Source of the DNA: Cyanophora paradoxa CCMP329
Lineage: Eukaryota > Plantae > Glaucophyta
Assembly (NCBI GenBank): GCA_004431415.1
Contig: QPMI01000056.1
Location: forward strand, 248,001 to 312,000
Direction of reading: 5' to 3'
DNA length: 64,000 nucleotides
In this document: positions 49,101-61,092 of the stretch, one piece after another
How the letters are laid out: every line of letters starts with the position of its first letter
Position numbering within the stretch: position 1 is the stretch's first letter
Translations under genes and position numbers: made by a program
Notes under the pieces: generated by a model
The model's database searches: none
What the model was told of the DNA's origin: nothing
The model's input: only the letters and a program-made list of their open reading frames with translations

Positions 49101-52100
49101 TCAATCAACTGCGTAAATGCCACGATGCGTACCGATGCGGCAGGTTACTGCAGAGCCCACAACGAGCGCCTTCCAGACAGCCGGGCAGGAAGAAAGACTG
49201 ACGGGAAGTGCGTCCACTGAATACATATGCATGTGCGGTATTTGCGTAAGGAGGCGCTATGTTAGTACTCGTGCCATGGCAGCCGTATGTGCCGAATCAC
49301 AATGCGCGCACCGACGCGAAACTCAGACGTGCGGGGCGCCACGCTTGAGTTTGCCCAAGGAATGCCAATGGTAAAGCCATTTGAAACAGGAGACAGTGTC
49401 GAAGCTGTCAAAGTGACCTGGATTGGACATGCTTCTCGTAAGAACGCATGCACATTCCTTTGAACCTTGAAAGGTATTGGAATCGCAGATCGGGCGTACC
49501 TGTACGCGTCCCGTTTCTTTTTGCCATTGCTTACACTCGTTTGGAAGGCATTCGCAACGGTAATCGCCCAAGAGAGAACATTCGATGATGCAGTTGTAGT
49601 CGTACTCGTCGCCACTTTCCTCGTAGGATCTCTGCTTGGGCAGGCACGCGCAGGTCGGTGGCTCGGGGAGCTGTGCGGAGACAGGCGCCGTGGAGAAGAA
49701 GGCCTGGCACTCCTGACATGCCGCTGACTCGTTGAAGAAGCCCGTTGAATCAACAAATTGCTCCGCGAACTCGTACCCCGCTTCGCGGAGCATTCCCGAG
49801 GTCAAGGTTCCAGTGCGGAGCACTGCTGGCGAAAATTCTGGGATCGAGGGGCATTTGCCGAAATTATATGCGTATGTTTCCAAGTCATAGTTATACGGAA
49901 TGTCCAAAGACATCCGCTCAGCCAGGCCCTGTGTCGGGAAGATGTAATTGCAGGCCGCCTGCATATACACGTATTGTTCCGTCGTCGCCGTTTCCCCCTC
50001 CAGCAGTACTCGGCCACGTGTTTGCTGGTGCTCATCGTGATGCAGGCCTCCGGCTGTGTGGGTACTCAACAAAGACCGGCTCCGCCGCTTGTAGCCTCCA
50101 AAGCAGGCCTCCCAGCAACCTTCGGTAAAATAGCAACCCCAGAAATCGTCGCAGTTGAAAGCTGGTCGAAGATCCGCTGTGTATTCTTCGATCTGATCTT
50201 TCCACTCATCAACTGCATCTTTGCAGCTTATCGCACACTCGGTTACGGACGTTACAGCGTTGGCCAGCTCGGGGCACGTCGCCATGGAGAGCGACCAGTA
50301 TCCCCAATAGCGATTTGTGATGAAACTGCTGTGACTTATGGCATCGTAGCGAGTCTCTACCTCGTTCTTCTCGCTTCCGATGGCCACGATGCTTGGCACG
50401 GAGGCGCCTGTCGTTGGGATCCGATGATCAGCGGTCAGCCCAAAAACAATTATCAGTGCGATCACGAATATAAGATTTGTTTTTGCGTTTAGGCAGTGGC
50501 AATTCGTTCAATCCCTCCAGAGTGTTGCGCACCGTATTCCTGATCATAAGAATTGTCCCGTTGGGAACACGAAGTTCAGCTGAAAGTATGCGCTGCACAT
50601 GCCAACATAAACATAATGAGCAGCTCACCCAAGCAAAGTCAGTCACTTGCAGAGTACTGATGGACTCGTAAACTGCACCGGGATGTTATAATCGATCGCG
50701 ATCATGATCGATCGCTCCACGGGTTCTAACAAAGGACAGCAGAAAAAGCACAAGAGTGCCACACCATCACCCTGTCCTGAGAAAGGCCCTTGCGTGGAGC
50801 AGCTGTAGTAGTAGACGCGCTCTCTATTGTGTGAAGATTGATGTACCGAACACGTTAATAGTCAATTTCGCGTTTTGAGGGTCTTGCAAACGGCTCACGA
50901 TTTTAGCTGGCTTGGATAACTCCACCCGGTCGGATTCACGAAGCACTGAAAGCCAAAAAATTAAAGCGGCTCAGCACTTCGATTTTCATAATTGCATTAT
51001 TAATAGCGGTTCCATTCACTCATACTCGTACTTCAATGTTCATGATTCTCAAAAACTCGAAGCGGCTCATAATCAATAGTATTATGCACCGTGCTGTTGT
51101 AAGGCGCCCCAAGCCACGTGCGCCGCAGCTGTGGAGAGCAAGAAATTCCTTCGGCTACACATGTGGCAAAGAGAGATCACGAGTCAGACATTTTTTATAT
51201 AGCAAGCTTAAGATTCGACCCGCCACAGGGAGAACGCACTGTCTATCAGCGTGACGCTGAAAGAAAGGAATCCTGATATTCCGACTTGGGAAGCCCACCA
51301 GATTTTCAGCGAGGGCTCGCTGGGCGCAATGCGTATTCAGAGCTTGAACTTGGTGGTTCTATTCGATTGCGGATAACGATTGGCGCACCTGTATCGCCAT
51401 GGGTCTCCGAAACGGATGGTCACGTGCGCGCTCTCATTTCCTCCGCTCGCGGGAAATGTGAACTGCGGAGTCCGGCCTCCAGAGACTACTTTTCCGCCAT
51501 CTGAAATGCAAGCAATGTCGCAAGCGCGCGCTTGTGATAGCGAGCACCTATACACGAATGCAAGCGCACGCACCGTATCTGCTGTTGTAATTCCTTGCGG
51601 TACAAACAGCCCCAGAGCAGCTCGAACATCCATTGTCCTGTAATTATTTCAGGCTTTCGTAACCTGTCACAAAATCACAACAACAAAAACGGACCGCGTT
51701 CGTCCAGGTGCTGTATGTCGCGCCCCGGGGGCCGCTTAGGATGAAGTAAGACGTGAAGAGTGGGGGTGAGCCGGGTCTTGCTTGGATCCAGCAGGTCGTG
51801 CTGTCTCTAGCCTGCGAGCGCAGCTTTCAAGTCTCTGCAGGAGCGATCTACACAAGCGAACCCTGCTCACCACAAAGCGGGAGCCCTTTTCCCGATCGCA
51901 GAAGATGTCCGCACCGACAATTGTCATGTTCAGCGAGTCTAAAGGCTCTCCCGCACCGATGGAGACGGGAAGCACGGCTCCAGAGAGTGTGTATTTGAAC
52001 TGTATATTGACGGTCCCCATCGTGGAGCCGCGCAGTTTGTAGCTCATGAAAGGTTTAGAGACGGTTTCAGTGATAGGGATCTGGAGCCGAGCTTCAGGCC

Positions 52101-55100
52101 GAGAACGATCATTATTCGATAGTATGAATTTAAATGATTACCAGTCCCCCACTGACATCGCTTGTGTCAAGAATTCCCAGCTGCTCGGGGCTTTCTGGCA
52201 CCGCAGACTGCACAATTGTCACATCCGTTTCATCAAATCTAGGATTGCTTGCTTCTCCCGTCAGCTTGCATTCCAATGACGCGCCGTCCATCTGCAAAAA
52301 GGATGATATTCGAATTCAGCTTTCACGCCACTTTAGCGATAGCTCTGGATGAAGCAGATATGGCTTGAAGACTCAAGTAACTCACGGCTATCATTGTTCT
52401 CTCGCACTGGACAGAAGCGACGACTGCATTAAAGAGACCGTCTCAGACGGCGGGTGCGTGCACGTGCACAAGAAAGCAAAGAAAGATCGATCGTAAGATT
52501 TCAAAAGCGCGAACCGAAGAGACCGATGGTGGCACTGCGCTCGAAGTCGGAGCAAGGGGCACCGGGCACCTTCGATCCCTCAGCAGCCAGATTCACAACA
52601 AGCTTGCCTTCTACATCTGTAGCCCCAAGGTCCGGAGCGGCGAAAATGACCGGAAGTGATGTCCCAGTGGCGTTCCCCATGTCAAGGGTTACTGCATCTT
52701 TGTCTTTGAGCGTCCAGGTTGCGGTGAAATACGTGCTACGTAAGGGCGAAGACGACTCGATGGTGCATCGAGCGTTGTAGCCGTACGGCGCCCGTCTCAT
52801 GCAGCTCAGACTGAAATCAATAACATCCACTGAGGCATGGTACACAACACCGCCGAACCCGACGTTCAAAGTAAGGCCATTGGCGACGGAGGAGGCGCCG
52901 GGAGTGATGTTGAATGTCCCAGAGGCAGCATCCACGAGAACAGGAGGGAAACTGATGGTCTGGTTTGTGCGAGGATTTGTTGCGGTGATTGCAAAGTCGC
53001 CAAAGTCATTTGCGACGAATGTGGTCGAGTTATCGTCCTTCAGAACTGCGAGCGATCTCAAGTCAGAGATACATCGAGCCGCAGGCGAACTGCAGCTGGC
53101 CATGGCGCACGGGTGCAGGTGAACACAGTGCCTCGGACCATGCGCTCGGGGCATGAAACTCTACTCGCGGAGTACTGCAGCAAGCGTCTTATGTAAGCAA
53201 CCATAAAGTTGATGAAGGGAACATTTCAGATTTGAAACTATTTGAATTCAGAAAACACCAGAGCTTACCACAAGCACGTTTGTAGCCGCCGCAACGAAGG
53301 AGTTGTCAAACGACTTCACTTCGATTCGCGAACCGCTGTCGCCGCCACCGATGCCGCCGACGTACTCAAAGTCAAGCCCACCGGATGCACTTTGGGAGGG
53401 GCGGATTGTGCTCGCGTTCACAAAGCCCGCGGACGCAACGATGGAAATAGCGACATCTCCGGGCGCAAGGGTGGCGGAGGCGGCCGCCTTGGAGATCGTG
53501 CAAGTCTTTGTGCAGCCCTTGCACAGACGACCGCCACAATTAACACTCTGGATCGCAACAACGCTGACTGTGGTGCTTGCTTGTACGGCACCAGATGCAA
53601 AGGTCACTACAACAGTATAGGTTCCGTTCTTGGTCACATTGAATGTAAAACTGAGAGAGGATGAAGAGAGCCACGCGGAGGCCGCGGTGTTCGCTCCAGA
53701 AACCGACACTGTGTAACCCTCGGTGCGATTAAGCTCGTCCGTACCGGGTGTTTTAACAAGCGTGCAGATGATCTGCTTCAATTCGCCGGCTTGGAGGAAT
53801 GTGCGAGGAGTGTCGCAGGCGACAGAAGCACGGATATAGATCAGAGAGGTCTCAGCAGCGACAGCGGTGGCTCCCTCGAAGGTCGCAAGGTACGACTCGG
53901 CAAAGGGGATGCGGACTCTGGCGGTGGTGGTCTTCTGTTTGTTGTGGAACGTGAAGTTGACGGACAGCCGATCGGCGCGGTCCTCGACGGTGTAGCCCGA
54001 AACAACGCCGATGGGCTGAGTGGGATCTGTGGAATACGCCACGGCCTCCTTTATCATGCTCGGATTCCAGGGCGCTGATCCCGCGGATGCGAGAGAAATG
54101 TGACAAGCCACGATCGATCCGACGGGGTGCCCGGCGGAGCCTTGCAGAATAGGGCACTCAACCGCCAAGATAACGAACTGGAATCAAGAGTCAATATAAT
54201 TTAAGCAGACATTCAGAATTGCAGCAAAGACGCACAGTCGTGCTGTATTCGTAAACAACGGGGGAGATGGCTGCAGAGGCGATGGAGGCAGATGAGATGC
54301 CGTATTCGTTTTCGTCAATATGCCCACGGGCTGAGGTCCATTGGAGTCTGACCGAGGGAAACCTTTCAGCTTCAGGAAACAGAAAAGAACCGGCATTTTT
54401 GAAGAAAACGCGCACGCAGCAGAAATAGGAGAGCTTGCGCAGATCTGCAAAATAAAATCACATGGAAGCATACAAATCTGGTATGCACTTCAATTGAACG
54501 GACCCTCTTCCGAGCGACTACATGCGTTGAAATAGAGCTCCCAGAATAGTCCGGAAATACAGTTTCGGGGCCCGAAAGACTATCCGAATCGAATTCGCAG
54601 GTCGCGCCGACGGGCGACAGAGGGGACCGCACCTGGGAGTAAATTATAATTAGATCCGGATCCTTGATGAAAATCAAAGCCGCACGCACGCAGCCGGGGT
54701 TGGTGTAGTAGAGGAGGTCGAGACAGCTCGACTTGGGATACAGGCCCTCCGAATCTGCATCGTACGAGAAGCGCGAGACGAGATCCTGCTCGCATTTCAT
54801 ATTATTATTCAAAATGGTTTATTAAAAATCTCAATCGATTAACAACTGGCAAATAATCACCCGCTCGTACGGGCTTGACGTTCCGTAGATTTGGTACCCC
54901 GTGCCGCGGAGACCCACGACTACACCCCAGCCTAGTGGCGGGAAGGGCAGATTCCAGCCTGGGGGAGCCGCGTGGTTTCGAAGGGCCCGGCGCATCGGTT
55001 CCGCCGGAGGCGCAGAGGGAGTGAAGGGACGCCCGAAGCCAAACCACGAGAGGTCGGCTCCGATGTCGCCCCCGCCAAACACAGAAGCCCATCGAAGTGC

Positions 55101-58100
55101 GACGATTGGTGATGCAGTCGACACGATCTGCGCACATGGCGAAGCACTCAGCTACTGGATTCATGCACACATGCAGCCACGCGTACCGTGGTAGACGTTT
55201 TTGCGACGAGCGAGATTCTGTTGGATAGACAGTCCTCCGGGTAGTTCCGGCAGTATTCATTAATTACAATGTCTCCCTCGAAGTCCGTAGGAGTGATGGG
55301 AGTGGAGGAATCCAGACTAACAACATTGCACGATACGGAATGGTCCTTGGCTACGCGAAGCGTCGGGTATAGAAAACCGAGACCGGCGTCTGAGTACTGC
55401 AGTTGGATCGCTGGATTGCAGCACAGCGTCGCTCCCACAGCCTGGACCTAAAAGCGAAAAATGCTTTCTTGTGAGTACAGGGAATGAAATCGACCGATCA
55501 TGAATACTCGATGTATATATCACCTGAAACAGGCCACGCTCCCTTGCATCTTCGATAGCGCGATTAGATCCAGGGTACTGCCCGTAATTGTAATCGTCAA
55601 ACACAAAGTCGAAAACGGAGTTGTTCCACGAAGGGAAGACGTCGAAGACTCCCGGCGCCTTGCTGGAGAATGTGGTAGTCCACTGCTGGTTTCCTGTAAG
55701 CACAAGGGGCGAGAAGGCAGCCCAGCGGTAACAGCGCGGCTCGGTGCAGCACTCAGGTCCGATGCATGTGCACACACTCGCCGAGCAGTCGCAGTCTGCA
55801 CAATTCGAATGGGAAGATAAATGAAGGAGTTTGCGTTGACGGACACACGTGGATATCAGTCATCTAATAATTGATATATTTGCGAACGCACCGGGACCCT
55901 CGCAGCGCGCGGAAGATGAACAATCCGCGCCAGGCGGGCAGCTGCAAACCAGGGCGGGCCGGTTGCCTGTATCCCCCGCAGCGCACTCTCCGTCGGTCGG
56001 ACATGCCGACCCTTCGCAGTCGGGTCCTTGACAGCAGTCGGGTCCGGTGCAGAAGCAGACGTTGTTTTTGTCGCAGGTGCAGTCGGCGCCGTTGCACTGA
56101 GGCGCGATCGCGTGCAGCTGCCGACCAGCCGCCCACTCCTTCCACGATCCCGAGCTGTGCTCATCATGATGCTGATCCTGGCTCACATGTGCATGCGAAG
56201 CCGTAGACTCTTCTACTTCGTTGAGAGAACGCCGCTTGAGCATCGGGAATTCGCACACGCATCCGGGGCCGGTGCAGGGAAGCGAGTCGCCGTAGCAGGC
56301 TCTGAAGAGGTCTTCAGCGGGACAGAACTTTCCAACGCAGCCAGGCCCTTGGCACGGCAGCGTATTGAGGCGACGCCGCTGGGTGCTGGAGGCGGAGGCA
56401 TGATGACCATACGACTTTGCACGTCCGGGCGAATGCGACGTCGACTCGAAGAAAGTCGACGCATTAGAATTCTGCTGCACCGCTCGATCTCCGAAATTGA
56501 AGCCTTCATTCCCGCAGATAGAACCATGGAGCATCCTCTGCGTTCCAGGGGGACACGAAGGTCCGAAGCAGGGCGGCTGGACTCGACCATTGTTGCAGAA
56601 ACGCCCCTCTGCGCAGAAGGCGAAGCCCGTGCTGCGGAAGTCCTGAGCATGCGAGGAGAGCAGAGGAGGCTGGCCTAGGCCACGAACCTGTTGAAGTCGC
56701 TCGACAGGAGATCAGGAGCATCGGGGTGGTTCCCCTTTCGAATAATGCAGGTGGTCTTCGACATTATGAGCACACTGTAGAGCACACGGATATATATAGG
56801 TTTACCTGGACTCCATTCTGCATGCCTTGGTCTCCTGGGGGTCCAGTCATAGGTGCGGAGGCGCTGTTGTTGCCGGAGTACAGGCCGGCCACGATGCGGT
56901 TTGTCATGCACGATGCGACAGCCTGCAATACGGTGTAGTGACAGTCGCCAACGACGAACTGGCTGGCACGCGGGTCGACTGTCTTCGAAAGGCGCGTAAT
57001 GACTCTGATTTGCCGCGCTGGGACCTATCGATATCGTTCGAGTCGGTGTCAGCTGCGGGTTTACATGCTAGTCCCAGCAAAGCTAGTTTTGATGTTCACG
57101 TAAATGAGCGCAAGTGCGTACGGCGGTCTGATAGAAGATGACAGTGCTTGGAGCGCCCTGCGGAGCAGGACTATTCAGGTGCCGCCTGCCTTCTCCACCG
57201 TTGCTGTTCGTCTCTGGCGAGAGCACGACGACCTCCGGAAGGCAGCGCTCTGAGCTGCTGCATCCCACAACAGCGGGGTTGCTCACAGTCACTGCGAAGT
57301 GCATCATCGTCGTTAGCATGCGATCCGGATGCGTACAAGTTGCCTTTCGCGGTTGACGCTCATGATCACCTTCAATATCGCTGCTCTCTAGTGGAGATGA
57401 CGGTGTGCCATCTTCGAAGGGCGATGGAAGAGCGGGGACGAGCAGATATGCCATGCGTCCCAGAACAACGCGCACTGAAGGTCCGCACTTGAGACCGCGG
57501 GCGTCAATCCCCTTCACAAGTACGTGAGGGCTGTTGGAGGTTTTGTTAAATCGCCGAATCGCGAAGATGAATTTAACGACAATATATACCTGTACTTCCA
57601 AATCGACTCTGTCGCGGTGACAAAGTCGACGACAATTGCGACGAGTCCGAACTGCGTATACGTAAAACGATCATTTAGATTGTTCAATTAAGCAGTGACC
57701 TCCGAAAAGACGAATTTTGCAGTCCAGTAAGGATATAAAAGCGAACCCCATTGGCGCTGGGAAAGGTAAATTCGTAGGTAGCGATTCCGCGGTTGTGCGC
57801 CCACAATGATGAACCATCCGGGCCTGGGATAGGCAATCTTCCAGAAGGACCCGACTCCGACAACTCCCACCAGACCTGTGCACGAGCCCCGAGACGTGCC
57901 CATTAACAAGTGAATCTACTATTCTTGAATCTTTGCAATGTTTGCACGGACGAACCCGGAAAACAGGGGTCATAGCATTGACCGTAAAGCTGGCAGAGAA
58001 GAGACGTCGACGGTACGCGCAGTTAACACACAAAGAAATAAACATATCGTTTACGTAATTGCAAGTGGCGAAACTCAAACGCACTTGTAAACGACATGGT

Positions 58101-60366
58101 CCGCGACGACGGTCTGGAAATCTCGCAAAGTCGGGAAGGTGACTTCCGGATCGCCGAAATTCGTGACTATGATTGTCTGATCGTGACCAGCGTCGCTCAA
58201 AATCAGTTGCGATTGAGCCGCATCAGTCACGATTCTCGTGCGCACGTAGGAGAATGTGCTCAGGAGAGCGCCTCTTGACTCAACGACGACCTCATAGTCA
58301 CCAACGGCCTCAGCAATCTCGTTGAGATCCCATCCGGCGTCGCTGATGCCCTTCGAAAAGTGGGAGCTGCGCGTAGTCCAACGGGCGAGCACGGGCAAGT
58401 GAGCGATAGCGGGCAAGCAGAACAACAGAACTCAATATCCAAAGAAGAATACGTCACCTGAAACGCGGGTCATCATTTCTCCAGTACGTGAACGGCAGGC
58501 CCCGGGGGGTTGTTGGGCGGTACTTCACACGGTACTCGGCCAGGTTGTCTTCGCTGCGGACGCGGAGAGCGCACTCTGCCCAGCGAGAGCCTTCTTCATT
58601 TGCTGTGCATGAATTGCTTTGTTATTTAATTGAATGTATATATAATAACATTGCTCGCACCGAATGATGCGAAGAATGCGTTGTAGGGACCCGAGAAGTT
58701 TGAACGAAAAGCAGGCTTCGGATCCCACCCGCTGCGCTCCTGCATTTTATTGGCGCGCGGTCAGTTTTCATGTGTATATATATATGTATAAACAATTTCT
58801 GAACGGGTTATTTTCTGTAGTCGGCAAGTACCTGGGGCGTCTCAGGCAGGATCGTGAGCACGGAAACGGGAGAGCCCTCGAAGGTGATGTTCTGAAGGTG
58901 CGGGTCTAGGCCTCGCGCTGCAGATTTGACGCGCGAGTCTGAGGTATTATAGATTGACGTGATTCAAAGACAGCGCACGACTGAACCAGAGTTGTTTTTC
59001 CAGACGACGGCTTCCCTCAGACCCTTCAATGCTCACACTGCGTAGCGTCTGATTGTCGTACTCTTCCCCGGAGCGAGTGTCCCTCCACCTGCAAGAGACC
59101 AGCAAGAATTAAGTTAAAGCGATTTTTGCGAGCCATGTTTTATAAAGTTACTAAATGCGCACATGGCCAGAATAGTGCGCTGAACGGGATTCGTTGGCAC
59201 CGCAACAATGCGGCACTCTTCAAAAGTTTCGCATTCCGAAGTGCAAGCCGCCTCAGTTCCATTGTTCAATCCAAGGCACGTTTGACACGACCCCTCGTCG
59301 AGGTATATATCCGAGCACTCCTCCAGAGGGGGATTGAGTTTCTGCGACAGGCCCCCCGCGGATGTCAGTGCATGCGCATCCGCATGGATACAAATGAAGA
59401 CTCGTCGTTCGAAATTCAAGTAGAGTTGCGCACAACTTCCTGGCCGACGCGGAAAGAGAACTTAGCGACGGTAAAGCCCGGGTAGTGCGGGTCGTCCGTC
59501 ACAATCGCTCTATCCGTGACCCACGTTCCGACTTCCGTCGAGCTGCCCGGCGGCGCTGTGCACGTGGGGCGGTAAAAGTGTGAACGTGCACGTGGCTTGG
59601 AAAACGGCAGCGGTTCTTGCGAATAGAAGCGACAAAGCCAAACATCGTTACGCACATGGAACAAAGCTAGGGTCTCGGGAAAGGCAGTCGCATTCACTGT
59701 CGTAAATAGCAACCTCCATAGACCCTGCCAGCGACCGTCGAACATCCGCGTTAACCGCTGCATTATTCACCGTGCATCTACAAGCACGCATACTCACCAC
59801 ATGAGTCCGGCGTCTCGCAGAGCCACCATATGGTGCATGTGGCCGGGGGCTGTTCTGAAAATTTACGGTGGCCATGATCAGCTTTAGAAACGCGTCCAGA
59901 CGCGAGCAGCAGCCATATGTACAATGACGAAGCTACTCACTGAAAAACACTGGCTTGTTCTGTTTGTATCCAGTGTCTGCGCATGCGCAAGACATTTCAT
60001 TCCTTAACAGTCGCACGTCGATGTCGATGAACGCGGATGCATACGCATATGCATAACGACGAACCACATACAACGCCCTGATACGCTGAAGGCGTGTTGT
60101 CGTCGGGGCTGATGACCACGCCCAGAGGCAAGATTTCCGTTGACATGGATAGGTCGACATCGCACTGCGAGCATGCCAGAGCGCTTGCGAGTGACAGCAG
60201 CACAAATGCCACCACACTCGAGCTCTGCACATATGCATGTGCCTGCGCGACGTTTCAGGATTAGCATCACATAATGGAGCGAGCACCTCGAGTTGGCGCA
60301 AATAGAAGATGATACATGATCATGAATGAAATCGTGTCAAACCTGCACACGCGTGCGGATGGACAT
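19170..60366 (-). CDS. Giant multi-exon single-pass surface protein (polycystin-1/REJ-like ectodomain: Ig-like beta repeats, REJ, GAIN/GPS, 1 TM); one intron holds the virus
   Basis: Likely start MSIRTRVQ|SSSVVAFVLLSLASALA (ATG 60366, signal peptide). Many ~100-aa repeats of form xLSCxxxRxxxGxxxxCx...D...FxFx. REJ-like segments AVISGGNRVVS...ASHSVDPD and GSCSVNPTNG...FTCDGW (21300-23900). GPS-like W..C...GTCDHFTAFSL (~19650-19750). TM IAAPTVIGFFLIVVVAIVIVYVFVW-KKRK; stop at 19170. Short (50-100 nt) introns throughout. A single transcript is inferred, not proven. Confidence 0.78.
33425..33821. repeat. Left terminal inverted repeat, built from two ~185-190-bp tandem units
   Basis: Reverse complement of 46738-47133; the only difference noticed is one homopolymer C. 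cgccgtgtctcc occurs at 33430, 33614 and 33805; atcgaagttatatc occurs five times. Confidence 0.95.
34262..34362. repeat. 12-bp tandem array (YCTCAGATWATA, ~8 units)
   Basis: Direct reading of sequence; non-coding subterminal region of the virus. Confidence 0.9.
34426..34509. repeat. 12-bp tandem array (AAATGCGCCAT+A/T/G, 7 units)
   Basis: Direct reading of sequence: 3 units end in A, 3 in T, 1 in G. Confidence 0.92.
34753..35511 (-). CDS. A32-like (FtsK/HerA superfamily) genome-packaging ATPase
   Basis: Walker A NVGRSNTGKT, Walker B LVIILDDM, arginine-finger segment LVTSGRHYSISVIFNVQ, and IRRN. ATG at 35511 (MDNTV...). ORF intact. Confidence 0.93.
   Translation of the reverse strand: MDNTVNLDDIPEFDPSKTVRIPTRILNVGRSNTGKTMFTKYLLYELRDKIDQIVIFSSTAFTGQFNDITHPDNIYEEWDDNIVLRLISMQKKRIENNEKRNNLVIILDDMIGSNLDMHNSAVLSKLVTSGRHYSISVIFNVQRLCSISTTIRRNVEFVVFFNILGNEKEFNCAFDEYNGGLDKKTYKELHRLWGYNYQTVIASLQGYDIKTYTDRAVLTDDDIKGFKKFVKRKAIKRSQMARIQREMTTISV
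35591..36814 (-). CDS. Double jelly-roll major capsid protein (~408 aa after correcting three single-base frameshifts)
   Basis: Frame-corrected reading: MALTG...PGNTFGFKNTAYFDLPRKQLLAGVSLYFKI...GSSFINEVRFVHGGFKYIIPGDWI...YFPLCTLADMPTIEVDFR...VQVDIYALRHNVMVL. These match the strand pattern of PLV/NCLDV MCPs. Shifts at ~36685, ~36567 and ~36342. Confidence 0.87.
36815..36865. promoter_or_regulatory. Candidate bidirectional promoter between MCP and penton
   Basis: Only 51 bp of very AT-rich DNA separates the divergent ATGs (36814 minus, 36866 plus). Confidence 0.5.
36866..37752 (+). CDS. Minor capsid protein (penton, single jelly roll), one frameshift near 36900
   Basis: Corrected N-terminus MTRYYLNIDSRTRSDGTPTNFTYRLPYAIQKVRACRVTNFEMFHNLYN and C-terminus VETLDVRLSYWNGATADITTDWSMTLEL match the IDSR...F...LP and ...DWSxTLE penton pattern. 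Confidence 0.82.
37789..38550 (+). CDS. Viral ORFan, Lys-rich 253 aa (possible core/DNA-binding protein)
   Basis: Intact ATG-initiated ORF directly after the penton, with viral base composition. No recognisable domain. Confidence 0.7.
   Translation: MARKTQPKNFLAKPAAEADVGNGENGRNWYKKSKGLAAYGTGDLEKEVHKERNQFTQATTKNSNDDNALVDQVPLNRMPGAKRGIKKGQFKSSTKDKVASSSTLLKLLDGGERLYSTYSEKDHRNRYFIRSTTGGLKSVTYQYAKSLVDGIAAETKNENKIKEQPITKEKVEKKPEVTHEVIPEPVHVAKDSPTELIAKTIEYQDSNKTDLPVLNKSILRVATSQADPVNSIPNAAPMVSGFAKLGIRPGYRR
38900..39157 (+). CDS. Small basic viral ORFan (85 aa)
   Basis: MPISEAQKRATYRYRKTEKGQEYLKKYN is a basic helical N-terminus. Preceded by an ACTTAAAG...ATATATTAA promoter-like motif. Confidence 0.7.
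   Translation: MPISEAQKRATYRYRKTEKGQEYLKKYNARFAKQMRDLYHTDECYRAMKIVESSQRLYASNAVCFVKYLYGVPYSNRGRKSKYLC
39163..39189 (+). terminator. Stem-loop directly after the 85-aa ORF
   Basis: tttctcagcgc-gatct-gctctgagaaa, 10 of 11 bp paired, 5 bp after the stop codon. Confidence 0.35.
39374..41549 (-). mobile_element. GC-rich non-coding VNTR-bearing insertion nested in the virus (putative non-autonomous retroposon)
   Basis: Perfect 15-bp direct repeat AAAACTTTTGTAGGT at 39359-39373 and 41550-41564. A T-run lies immediately inside the left copy (A-tail on the minus strand). Composition is far more GC-rich than the virus. Confidence 0.65.
40110..40820. repeat. G-rich minisatellite, ~22-24-bp units GGGCGGGGCGCTGGAGC(CGGAG/TGGGG)
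   Basis: About 30 variant units read directly. More degenerate G-rich repeats extend left to ~39580. Confidence 0.92.
41590..45676 (+). CDS. ~1360-aa replicase: N-terminal domain, putative OTU-like protease, degenerate family B polymerase, SF1 (RecD/Pif1-like) helicase, HNH-like domain; two single-base frameshifts
   Basis: Three ORFs join by adding one base at ~42447 and ~44933. PolB motifs EFDMCKAYP (~43350), KQILVSAIGQTGK and ALNTDCVY (~44100). SF1 motifs GSVPGVGKT, IVIDE, ATGDPYQNPP, VNKRH, AYANTCHVVQGDT and LYVALTR. C-terminal CLRC...SVDRINNAVAHITKNCFLSHIKCN. Confidence 0.85.
45676..46736 (+). CDS. Retroviral-like (rve) integrase, one frameshift near 45975
   Basis: FQIDI...LSFVDILSRKGFVYP...LSGDNEF...GIIDRFTRTFK...YNSSPHSALK..SP, followed by SH3-like VKPGDTVRV. 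ATG overlaps the replicase stop (TAATG). The stop abuts the right TIR. Confidence 0.92.
46738..47133. repeat. Right terminal inverted repeat
   Basis: Reverse complement of 33425-33821. Confidence 0.95.
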
Positions 60367-60924
60367 GACGCCGGCACGCGCTTGTGCGTTATGCTGTGGC
60401 GCCGTCCTGATTATGATCATGGATGTCGACGTCCGCTGCTGCCAATGATTTCGGAAGTCAATGAGGCGCAAACACCCGACAGCATGTGCCTAGAAAGATC
60501 TAGCGCGTAGTATTCGCTCTCAAGCTTAAGCGCACCGGCGCCGGGGTCTTGCCGAGGCCTAGGGGCCGGAGCGCTTGTGCTCGTATACTTGCTTTGAAAA
60601 CGCTACTAGTACTAGACTATGTTAGCTGCAGCTGCGCATGCGGAAACGCCCCGATGATCGGATGGCGCCCGGCGGCCAGGCTTGGGGGTGGTTTCAAAGT
60701 TTTGCGCGCGCAGACTCTGAGAACTGCGGCAGCTGCTGAGGGTCCGGCCGAGCCGTTGGAAACAGCGGCGGCTGCGGCGCGTGGGAAGGGACCCAAGGGG
60801 GCGCAACCCTCTTCAGCTTCCTGCCTAGCCGAACCTATCCGAGCAAAAAACCTTTTTACTGCGGCAGCTGCAGAACACTAGTACTAGTACTCTAACCTAA
60901 TGGATCCTAGTACCTACTAGGCTG

Positions 60925-61010
60925 CGGGGGGCTCGCCCCACCGACGGGCCAGTGGCCACCGTCGCGTCGTCTCCCAAAAATTTAACCCGTCGCGTCGTCT
61001 CTCAAAAACA
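60925..61010 (+). repeat. Remnant resembling the 3' end of the 15670-16216 retroelement
   Basis: cggggggctcgccccaccg...gtctctcaaaaa versus cggggggttcgccccaccgtagtctctcaaaaaaa at 16182-16216. Confidence 0.45.
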
Positions 61011-61092
61011 AATATTAAATAGTGGAGCTGTGAGCCTGCAGGCTGCAGCTGTGAGCCTGTGACTGCAGCCTGCAGGTGCACAACGGTTGACA

